Virus record (IMG/VR): IMGVR_UViG_3300016667_000529
Location: 1-36,014 of that record
Length of the DNA: 36,014 bases
Reading direction: 5' to 3' (one strand)
From: a virus
Taxonomy: Duplodnaviria; Caudoviricetes
The notes below the pieces were generated by a model. That model was not told where the DNA came from and ran no database searches. It was given only the letters and a program-made list of their open reading frames with translations. The position numbers were made by a program, and so were the translations under genes. Every line of letters starts with the position of its first letter. Within the stretch, counting starts at the first letter, position 1. Positions 1 through 9,900 of the stretch are shown here, piece after piece.

Positions 1-2
1 AC

Positions 3-1685
3 TACGCCGCCCGCGCCCGTGCTGCCGCACTCCGTGCTTACGCTGACGCGGCCTCAAAGAGCTTCTCTGAGCGCGGCGAGCTGAGCAGTGACCTCGAGGA
101 CATCAACCAGCTTGAGGACTTCAACTACAGTCCGGCCGCCTTGCAGTACCTCCGGGATTATCAGGCAGCTCTGACTGGGTACGCCGGCCCGTACTCTCTA
201 TCATCGATGGATCTCAATAAAGACGGTCCATACACCACGTCAGACCTCGAGCGGTATGCGGCGATGGGCGACCCGCTCAGCCGGATGTACGCCAACTTCA
301 ACCTTTCCGGCCAGAACGATGCGTGGGACGTAGGCAACCTTCAGTTCGCGCCGAACCAAAACTACCGCATCGTTGATCGATCCACCGGTGAGGTGCTGTA
401 TAGCGGCAAGGGGTACGAGGCTGGCGAGAAGATCTCTGGTATCGCCTCCGGCCTGTTCGACAACAGCGGCAAGATGGCTGACTGGGTCATCGAGCAGCAG
501 GGCCCGGAAGGTGGTGAGTGGGCGCAGCGCTACGAGCACGATCCTGAGACCAGTGGTTTCAGCGACTTCCTGCTGGCAGCTGCGCCATTCGCCACGATGG
601 GCCTGCTCTCCGGCCTTGGTGTTCTAGCGCCAGCTGCAGCCACTGGAAGCGCCCACGCCGGTATCGGTGCAACGATTGGGGCTGGTGGTCTGGCGAACGC
701 TGCACCGGGCTTGGCCACGCTGGGGGCTGGTACAGCTGCTGGAGCCGCCGGGCTCGCCGTACCCACTCTGGGTGCCGGCGCGCTGAGCTCTTTGGCTGCG
801 CCCATCACGGTTGTTGGAGCCCCTGCTGCCGGTGGCATCGGCGCGGGAACTCTTGCTGGTATAGGTACTGGCATCGCCTCCGGTATAGGTGCAGCCTCCG
901 GTATAGGTGGAACCGCGTCAAACGCAGCGGCAACCCAAGCTGTTCCAGACGAGATCGTAGTGACCGGTTCAAATGTGGTGCCGGGCGGTGTTCCGGTTGA
1001 CATACTCGGCGGGACGCTTGGCACTATTGCGGGTGGTGTGGCTGGCATTCCAGCGAATGCCATTACGCCGACCACCGGTGGAGGGGGAGGTGGGCTGAGC
1101 ACTCTCGATTATATCCGCCTCGGCCTGATCGCCCCCGGCGTGATCGGTGGTATCGCGGATGCGCTGGGTGGCGGAGGGGGCGGCACTCTCCCGGTCGACA
1201 ATAGCGCCGTCCAGTACAGCCCGCTTAGCCGTCAGCAGACAATCCGTAGTGCCAATGATGCCCCGTTTGATGTCTTCACGTACGGTCAGGCGGCACCCGG
1301 CGCGCAGAGCGGGGAGTTCGCATTCTTCCAGCCTGCGGCGCCGTCTGCCGTGAAGCTCAAGGAAGGTGGCGAAGCTGACGATGACATGGTAAAGCACCTT
1401 GTCGAATACAGCAGCGGCCGAGGTCATATGGGTCCGGGGCAGGTCAAGGGTATCGGAAGTGGTCAGGAAGACCTGATCCCGGCTTGGCTCTCTGACGGCG
1501 AGTATGTCTGGAGCGCTCAGGATGTTGCCGATCTGGGCGATGGTTCGACTGATGAGGGGGTGCGCCGCCTCGATAAGATGCGTCAGATGGTTCGCAAGCA
1601 GGCGGGCCGGAAGGACACTAAGAAGATTGCGAAGCCCCAGCGTGGCATCGAGCACATGCTGAAGGCCGTAGGAGGTGCAGCGTAA
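3..1685 (+). CDS. Internal virion / DNA-ejection-type protein, Gly/Ala-rich (5'-truncated by window edge)
   Basis: Frame is open from base 3, so the TTG at 141 is probably not the start. It has long Gly/Ala hydrophobic tracts and a C-terminal motif GIGSGQEDLIPAWLSDGEYVWSAQDV of the G-x-G-x3-D-x-IPA-x-LS-x-GE-x-V type seen in phage tape-measure/internal proteins. TAATG coupling to the next gene. Confidence 0.7.
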   Translation, partial: YAARARAAALRAYADAASKSFSERGELSSDLEDINQLEDFNYSPAALQYLRDYQAALTGYAGPYSLSSMDLNKDGPYTTSDLERYAAMGDPLSRMYANFNLSGQNDAWDVGNLQFAPNQNYRIVDRSTGEVLYSGKGYEAGEKISGIASGLFDNSGKMADWVIEQQGPEGGEWAQRYEHDPETSGFSDFLLAAAPFATMGLLSGLGVLAPAAATGSAHAGIGATIGAGGLANAAPGLATLGAGTAAGAAGLAVPTLGAGALSSLAAPITVVGAPAAGGIGAGTLAGIGTGIASGIGAASGIGGTASNAAATQAVPDEIVVTGSNVVPGGVPVDILGGTLGTIAGGVAGIPANAITPTTGGGGGGLSTLDYIRLGLIAPGVIGGIADALGGGGGGTLPVDNSAVQYSPLSRQQTIRSANDAPFDVFTYGQAAPGAQSGEFAFFQPAAPSAVKLKEGGEADDDMVKHLVEYSSGRGHMGPGQVKGIGSGQEDLIPAWLSDGEYVWSAQDVADLGDGSTDEGVRRLDKMRQMVRKQAGRKDTKKIAKPQRGIEHMLKAVGGAA

Positions 1686-2698
1686 TGGCCGTTCAGCAGA
1701 CTACCACCCAGACCATCCTCCCGGAATGGTATACGCAGTACGCGCGGAACCTGACTGGCAAGGCGATGTCCGCAGCGGAGGAGCCGTATCAGGCGTACAA
1801 CCTCCCGCGCATCGCCGGCTTCGCGCCGGAACAGGAGCAGGCCTTCGCAATGGCTCCGACTGCGGCTGCTTCATATAAGCCGTATCTGGAGAACGCGGGT
1901 GTTCTGGCCACGGCTGGCGGAACTGGCAGTGCTCTGGGCGCAGCCTCGCCGTACCTCGCGCGTGGCGCTGGATCATTCACCGATCCGGGCGTCGCCGGCC
2001 GCTACATGAACCCCTACATCCAGCAGGTCGTCGCTGGCATTGGCGACGTCGCTGCCCGAAATCTGCGTGAGAAGATTCTCCCTGAGGTCAACCGCACCTT
2101 CGTTGGTGGGGGAACCTTCGGCGGGAGCCGGAGTGCTGAGTTCACCAATCGCGCCATCCGGGATGCCGGATCGGCGGCACTGGCTCAGCAGGTTCAAGCC
2201 CTGCAACAGGGATACACGCAGGCCGCCGACATTTATGGTCAGGAGGCTGGCCGGTCATTGACCGCTGGTCAGCAGGCGGGCGCCCTTGCCGGCGATGATT
2301 ACACCCGGATGATTGAGGGTGCGCGCGGGCTGGGGGCTCTGGGTCAGTCGGCCCAGCAGATGGGCTTGCAGGAGGCAGAGACCTTGCAGGGGATTGGTGC
2401 GCAGCGCCAAGGTCTCGCGCAGAAGTCTGCCGACCTCGCCTATCAGGACTTCACTGCGCAGCGCGACTATCCGTGGACGCAGCTCGAGCGCATGTCCCGT
2501 GTGGCAGGGACGCCGAGCGCGACTGGGAGCACCACTGTCGAGAGGGCGCCGGGGCCGTCCAGCGCCTCACAGATTGGGGGCGCCCTTGCCAGCATCGCTG
2601 GAATCCTTGGCTCCGCCGGCGTGTTCAAGGATGGCGGCGAGATCGAAAAGAAGAAGAAGTCGAAGCGCGGCCTTGGCTGGTTGAAGGACAAGAAGTGA
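1685..2698 (+). CDS. Putative DNA transfer/ejection (internal virion) protein
   Basis: RBS AGGAGG. N-terminal TTTQTILPEWY and YMNPY motifs and a Gln/Ala-rich helical body resemble podovirus pilot/ejection proteins. Hydrophobic C-terminal segment followed by a Lys-rich tail. Confidence 0.65.
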   Translation: MAVQQTTTQTILPEWYTQYARNLTGKAMSAAEEPYQAYNLPRIAGFAPEQEQAFAMAPTAAASYKPYLENAGVLATAGGTGSALGAASPYLARGAGSFTDPGVAGRYMNPYIQQVVAGIGDVAARNLREKILPEVNRTFVGGGTFGGSRSAEFTNRAIRDAGSAALAQQVQALQQGYTQAADIYGQEAGRSLTAGQQAGALAGDDYTRMIEGARGLGALGQSAQQMGLQEAETLQGIGAQRQGLAQKSADLAYQDFTAQRDYPWTQLERMSRVAGTPSATGSTTVERAPGPSSASQIGGALASIAGILGSAGVFKDGGEIEKKKKSKRGLGWLKDKK

Positions 2699-3915
2699 TG
2701 GACATTCAGGGGGAAGCTCTTCGTCGCAAGAATGCTGGTGATCCTCGGCCCATCCCGATGATCATCGCTGAGCTCTCTGGTGGTGCACCGCAGGGAGGTG
2801 CCCCGGCCGTCGCTCCGTCGCCAGCCTCACCGGTTCCTGTTGGACAGCCGGTTGAGGTGCAGGCGCCTGCGCCCGTTGCTGCAGTCCCCCCGATGAGTAC
2901 GCCCTACAGTTCCGTGGAGAAGGCGCGTGGTGCGTCGGCCGGCGTAAGCGCCACTGACGTCGCGGTTGCGAACGCGGCGCAGCAGGGTAAGCCTGAGGCC
3001 GATCTGCTCACGCGGGTTCGTGCCCAGCAGGCTGCGGCATTGCGCGATGAAGAGGAGAGGATGGCGGCACTCCGCGCCTCCGCCAAGGTTGATCCGCGCA
3101 TGGAGGAAATGTTCCGTCAGCGCGAGGAGCGATATGCTCGCGAAGAGGCGGAGATTGCTAAGGACGAAAAGAAGCAGGCATGGAACGCTCTGGCTATGGC
3201 GGGCTTCCAGATGGCTCAGTCAACCAGCCCGTATTTCCTCTCGGCACTTGCCGCCGGCCTGCAGTCCGGCTTCGAGGGCTTCAACGCCGCAAAGGCTGCC
3301 GCTGCCGAGAAGAAGGCGCGCCTGCTGGACGCGCGCGAAGGCGTGCAGCTTAGCCGCATTCAGGCTGAGAACGCCGCTGCTGACCGCATGATGGCCGACC
3401 GCAATGCAGCGATGACCGCCGTGATGCGTGAGCAGGATGCGATTGCGAAGGCCCTTGAGGTCGAGATGGCGAACGAGCTAAACCCCCTGCGCAAGGAGCA
3501 GCTCAAGGTGCAAATCCAACAGGTGCGCGCCAATATCGCAAACGATGCCGCACGCCTCGGCCTTGCCTACCGCGCTGATGCGCGGGCAGCGGCTGCGGCG
3601 GCACGAGCGGCACGAGCTGCACGAGGCTCCGGCGATCTGCCTGCCAAGGCTCGCTGGGCAGCTCTCGCCAAGGCGGATGAGTACGGCCGTGACTTCGCGG
3701 AGAAGGCACTCGAGTCTCAGGGCATCACCCCTGACGATCCGGGATATGCCGCCGCCTTTGAGCGGGCGGCTGGTCAGGGCGCAGACATCTGGATCAACAC
3801 CAATCGTCAGGCCAAGGCGATTCTTGGTGCAGGGGCTCCGACGATCAAGGCTCCGCCTCCTCCCCCGCCTCCCAAGGAGGAGAAGAAGGGCTGGTTCAGC
3901 GGCTGGTTCGATTGA
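2698..3915 (+). CDS. Coiled-coil putative internal virion/ejection protein (405 aa, starts MDIQGE)
   Basis: ATG at 2698 overlaps the upstream TGA (TGATG). Ala/Glu/Arg-rich coiled coil with a central amphipathic segment; lies between an ejection gene and the giant protein. Confidence 0.6.
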   Translation: MDIQGEALRRKNAGDPRPIPMIIAELSGGAPQGGAPAVAPSPASPVPVGQPVEVQAPAPVAAVPPMSTPYSSVEKARGASAGVSATDVAVANAAQQGKPEADLLTRVRAQQAAALRDEEERMAALRASAKVDPRMEEMFRQREERYAREEAEIAKDEKKQAWNALAMAGFQMAQSTSPYFLSALAAGLQSGFEGFNAAKAAAAEKKARLLDAREGVQLSRIQAENAAADRMMADRNAAMTAVMREQDAIAKALEVEMANELNPLRKEQLKVQIQQVRANIANDAARLGLAYRADARAAAAAARAARAARGSGDLPAKARWAALAKADEYGRDFAEKALESQGITPDDPGYAAAFERAAGQGADIWINTNRQAKAILGAGAPTIKAPPPPPPPKEEKKGWFSGWFD

Positions 3916-3965
3916 TGTTGCTGGGCTAAGGCTGTATACCCTATTCTCCCGGCACGGAGATCCTG

Positions 3966-6900
3966 ATGCCCAGACTTGTTATTCTTCCCGATGGTCGTGC
4001 GGTTTATGCGCCGGACGAGATGACGCGCGATCAGGTTCTGGCTGCGAGTGGCTTCGCTGCGCCGGCCGCGCCTGAGCCTGACGTCCGGGATGACGAGCAG
4101 AAGTCTGACATCATCGATGACATCCAGCGCGGGCTCGGCGGTCTATTGGCTGGCACCGGCTCCGCCATCCGCGACATCAACGAAGGTGCTGGCCGATGGC
4201 TGCAGGAGCGCGGCAACGAGATCGTCGCGGCCAACCCTGCCGACTACGGGTCACTCAGTGACATCAGTGGCATTGGAGACCTTGTTGGTTTCGGGATTGA
4301 GCGCCTCGCTGAGACTGCGCCCCAGCTCGTTGGCGCAGGTATCGCGTCCGCAGTGGGCTCGCCTCTGGCTGGCGCAGCCATTCTCGCCGCGCCGACTGGT
4401 GTGTCGACCTACGGTTGGGCGCGCCAAGCTCAGCGCGACACTGGCCAAGAAAGCTATCTGCGCGCAGCGGCGGCTGGCGTCGGAGCGGGCGCTCTGGATC
4501 TCCTCGGTGTTGCTCGCGTACTTCCGGGTAACGTCGCGAGCAGGCTGCTGGGCGATGTCGTGAAAGGTGGTATCCGCGGCACCGTCAAGAGCGGCCTGAA
4601 GGTTGGCGGTGAAGAAGCGCTGACGGAAACAGGGCAGCAGGTTCTGCAGCGCTTTGGTGGCATGCAGGAACTCACGTCACCTGAGGCTATGGAGGAGTAC
4701 GCCTTCTCCGCTCTGGCTGGCGGCTTGGTCGGCGGTGGACTCGGTGCGGGTGCTGGCGCGGTGCGCAGCTTCACATCGCCGACCGAAGCGCCCCCCATTG
4801 AGGATGTGGGGACGCAGGGCTTCAGGGCAACGGCTGCCCCGCAGATCGAGGTTCCGCCCGAGATTGCGTCCGCAGCGCCACTGGCAACCATCGATATCCC
4901 AGACATCGAGGCCCCAGAGCCGGGCGCCGTCAGGACGATGGCGGTTCTCTCGCAGCCGGACGAAGGCGGCAGGGTGTGGGTCCGCACCCCAGAAGGCGTC
5001 ACCACGCAGATGCCTGAGTTTCTGCTCAGCCAGATCGGCGGAACATACACGCCGTTCACTGAGCCCACTTCCGGCGTGGTTCCGGGCGAGACTATCGGGA
5101 CTGGCACCACGACGATTACCGTGAACGATGTGCCGGTCACCACGTCCGGGTCTCTACAGCCCACCATGCCTGTGGCGCTTCCGATTGGTGAGCCCGTAGA
5201 CGTTACTGCTCCCGTCGATGTCACGGCTCCAATTGAGGTGGCCGCCCCTATCGAATCGCCGGCTCCTATTGAGGCGCCAGCTCCACCCGAGTCCGTTCCC
5301 CCGGTCGAGGCTCCCGCCCCTGCCGAAGCACCCGCCCCGATTGAGTCTCCGGCTCCGGTCCCGGCCCCCGCTCCGGCTCCGATTGAGTCTCCGGCTCCGG
5401 TCCCAGCCCCAGCTCCGGCTACGGCTGAGGTGCCCGCCATCCCAGCCCCCGCTCCAGCGCCGGCAGCCATTGAGCCGCCGGCCATCGCGACGCCTGCGCC
5501 CGCGCCTGCACCCGAGGAATACGTCTTCACGGCTGAGAGGGCAGCGAAGGCTGGTAGCCATGACCCCAAGCTGGCGAAGGCTCTGATCGGCAAGACTGTC
5601 AGCGGAGCAGCAGAAGCGCTGGCCCAGCGGACGCCGGTAGAGCCCTATAAGATTCTCGCGAACCGTGTCGCTGGTGTTGCCCGTGCGATTGAGGGTGCGG
5701 GCGTACGTATGCCAGTTGGGGTCACAGCTATTCCGGGCGGGCAAGGTGCCGTCAGTGATAGTACTATGGCCGCAGCCAGAGAGCCGGGGACCGCCGGGGT
5801 GACGCAGTCATTCCCGCGCGCTGACGGAATTGGTTATTCCGCGGTAGAGGTTGCCATGCGGGGCAAGCGCTCCAAGAATGCGCCGCGCGGCGCAAATGAG
5901 CGCACCCTTCTGCACGAGCTTCTCCATTCAGTGACGACTGGCGCACAGCGTATGTCGGAGGCGGGGCAGCTTCCCTCCGGTAGCCGCGTTAGCGAAGCCC
6001 TCAAGCAGATCAAGGAGCTGCATGGTAAGGTCAAGCAGGGCGCTGCTGATATTGAATCCGGCAAGCTAAAGGTCGACCCTGAAGTTCGTGCGGCCCTCGC
6101 TCGGCTGCGGGGATCGAACGCATTCCTGAACGAGCGCGAGCTGCTCGCGTGGGGCATGACGGACTACGACATGCAGCTCGTCCTTAAGGCCATCCCGGTC
6201 AAGGGCGGGAACGCATTCACCGAGTTCGTCCGCCTGATCGGCCGGATGCTTGGCGTCGGACCGAAGGACATGAGTGCACTGCGTGAGCTGATCGAGCTCA
6301 CTGAGGTTGTGATCCCGACCGAACCTGCGGCGCAGCAGGAGATTGCGGACATCGTCTCCGGGAAGGCTGTAGAGCCAGTCACTGAGCCTGAGGCTGGGGT
6401 GGTGGCCGATGTTGATGCTGAGGCTAAAACTCGCTCGCAGGTCACATCAGAAACCCCTGTGTTCCATGGCACTAATGTCGATTTTGACGATCTGAATTTC
6501 AACCAACATCGCGGCGGTATTACATTCACAACTGACCCAGACCTTGCTGATTATTACGCTAAGGACCGCGCCAAGAAACTTGGTGGAACTGGTCGAGTCG
6601 TAGAGTCACGTCTTAATATCACTAACCCCCTCTACACTAATGAGACGAATGATTACGTAGAGGATGTGCGGTATGCGAAAGAAAATGGCTATGACGCAGT
6701 CATTGGTCCTGCGCATGAGGGCCCAAATCCGCCACTAAATATTACTGTTTGGGATGAGAAGGCTATTGCAAAACCTGGGTCTACTCAGACCGAGTCCTCA
6801 GCATTCAAGGCATGGTTCGGTGGCAGCAAGGTGGTGGATGCCGATGGCAAACCGCTGGTGGTTTATCATGGGACGCAGGGCGAGGCGTTCGACATCTTCA

Positions 6901-9900
6901 AGCCCGGAGCGTGGTTCTCGGAGAACCCTAGCGAGAGCAGTGCGTACACCTTTGCGAGCGACATTCCCAAGCGTGACAGGGCGACTGGGAAATACCGAAT
7001 TGCGAGTGGCGCAGAGCTCGCCGGTCAGAGGGTACCGTACGCTGGCATACTTGCGGATATTGAGAACAAGGAGGTTGGTGGCGTATATGCCACTGATAAC
7101 GGGGTATACCGCTCTCTCGGTAACGGGAAGTGGGAGGTTTTCTCCGATCTTGATAGCGATTACGACGACTTCGACTATGACAGCATGACTGTCGTTCTCC
7201 GCCGAGGTGATTTCCAGCGGCAGGCGGAGGATCTAATCAGGGACTACGAGGGCGCCGTCGAGCGTGCCTACCCCGGTGGCGTCGGCGGTCGCGTGTATCC
7301 GGTGTACCTCTCGATCAAGAATCCAATTAAGCTTCCACCCCTCGAGGCAAATCGGATTGCCCGGCGCCTAGGAATGGGTGACGCAGATATTGATGCGAAG
7401 ATCCGTGAATACGAGGCGGCTGGGTACGACGGTATCGAGACCACCAGTGATGAGGCCACGCTGTTCCCGGAGGTATTCGAGGATCTCGGCGGCATCCCCC
7501 GGCAGTGGGTCGCGTTCCGGCCGGAGCAGATCAAGTCAGCCACCGGAAACCGCGGCACCTTCGACCCAAATCGTCCTGAGATCGACCGCCAGCAGCAGGC
7601 ACCCACCCCACGCCCGATTGTCCAGTACTCTCTGGGTGATGAGACGAAGCTCGATGCGTTCAAGCGCCGCTGGGTAGACAAAAACCGGCGCCTATATTTT
7701 GTCGAGGAGATGATCGCTCAGCAGCAGGGCGCTCCGATCCCTCGCACTCAGCGCCCAACCGAGAAGGCCGCTCTGTTTGAGGGGCGCGCTGACACCCGCA
7801 TTCAGGAGCTGCAGCGCGATCACTTCGACAAGATCGTCAACGCGATCAAGGATGAAGGTCTACAGCCGCACGAAGTCGACACGTACCTGATCTCTCGGGC
7901 AGCATTCGACCGAAACGCGAAGGTCGCGCGCCGGAACCCGGAGATGCCGGACGGTGGTATCGGCATCACCAACGCTATCGCTCAGCAGAACCTGCTCGAC
8001 GCCGCGAATAGTGGCCGGCTGCCAGCCCTTCAGCGCATTGCTGAACTGTATGATGCGATGACCAAGCAGACCCGCGACACGATGGTCGAGTACGGTTTGC
8101 TGAGCAAGAAGCAGGCTGACGCATTGGTTCGGGAAGAGCCCTTCTACGTACCAGCCAAGGGCACGTCACTCGAGGGCGACTTCACGGAAGCGGCGGCAGA
8201 CGTTTTCTCCGCGCCGGGCTCAGGTCGCGGCTTCTCGGTTCCGCGCAAGGAGTACCTCGCGGCGAAGGGCCGTCGTTCTCTGCCATTCAGTCCGCTTGCG
8301 ACGGCGATGAATGACGCGGCCGAGACCATTGTCCGTGGGGAACGCAATCGCGTTGGCCAGTCCTTCCTCGACGATATCGCTCGCAAGTATGACTCGAATG
8401 CGTGGGAGGTTTTCACGGACGAAAACCCAGACACCACCCTCCAGTATGTCCAGAAGTCGAATACGGTTCGCCGCGTTCCCGTCGACATGGCGGCAAACTC
8501 GAAGAACTACTTCGTCGTCAAGAAGCAGGGTAAGCCCTACTACATCAAGATCGAAGACCCCCTCCTACTGCGCGTCCTCACCAACGGTAGCACGCAAGAC
8601 TTCTCGGCCGTGAACCGCTTCCTCGGCAATACGATTGGCCGAGTGACCCGAATGATCTCGCAGCTGCACACCACGCTGAACCCCGAGTTCGTCATTCCCA
8701 ACATCATCCGTGACGTCGAGGCCGCAGCCTTCAACATCGCGGCCGAGCAGGACATGGTCGACGGCCGTCTCGCTGGAAAGAAGATCGTCGCTGGCGTGAT
8801 GAAGGACATCAAGTCCTTCGATAACTTCAAGCGCCTTGCCAAGGCGACGTTCAATCACGAGGCCACGACGGCAGAGCAGCGCCAGACCAACGCCCTGTTC
8901 CAGCAGGCCAAGGAGGACGGCGCCTTCACCGGATGGATCCTGTATTCTACGCCGGAAGAGCACATGGCGAAGATCAAGGGGGAGCTCGAGAGCGCCACTG
9001 CTACAGGTAAGAAGAAGGCTTGGTACTCCACCAAGGCTGGCGCGAAGAAGGTCATCGACTGGGTTCAGGATCTGAACTCCGTGTTTGAAAACACCACGCG
9101 CTTCGCTGTCTACAAGAACGCCCTCGATGCCGGACTGACCCGTGATGAAGCGGCGAATATGGCGCGCAACGTGACGGTCGACTTCAACCGAAAGGGTGAG
9201 GCCGGCCCCACGGTCAACGCACTCTATGCGTTCTTCAATGCGTCCATTCAGGGTAACGTGCAGTTGCTGCGTACGCTCACCCGGAAGAAGGTCGACGGTA
9301 CATATACGATGGCGCAGAAGGCGGCGTTCGGTCTTGTCGGCTTCGGGATCCTGCAGACGATGATCGCTCGCGCGCTGTCTGACGAGGACGACGACGGGTC
9401 GCTATTCTACGACAAGATCCCTGACTGGGAGAAGGAGCGGAACATGATCTTCATGCTCCCGAATGGTCAGGACTACATCAAGATCCCGCTGCCGTATGGG
9501 TACTCGTTCTTCCACACGCTGGGTCGTACGGGAGCAGAGCTGTCGGCCGGCGTGAAGAGCGTCGGTGACTTCGTGATGGGGGTGCTGAGCGGCCTGATCA
9601 ACAATTTCTCACCGCTTCCGATTTCGGGGAGCTCGATCTCGGGCGTTGCGGCCAGCACCGTACCGACAGCATTGCGTCCCTTCGCAGACCTGATGATCAA
9701 CGAGAACTTCTTCGGCAGCCCGATCTATAACGAGCCGTTCGACGAGAATCAGGCTAAGTCCAGCGTCTCTCGGTATTCGACGCCGGAGGGGTACAAGGCT
9801 GTGGTTGAGTTCCTCAATGAGGTGACCGGAGGAAAGGGTAAGATTGCCGGCGCCGTAGATATCCCTGCGGAGTCAATCCAGTACCTGATCAACTACTACA

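Noticed and set aside
2473-2697. N-terminal extension of the 480-aa ORF
   Set aside because: It overlaps the upstream gene; the TGATG-coupled ATG at 2698 is the more plausible start.
6951-7275. Possible intein in the polyvalent protein
   Set aside because: No Cys/Ser start with a His-Asn end, and no LAGLIDADG motif.
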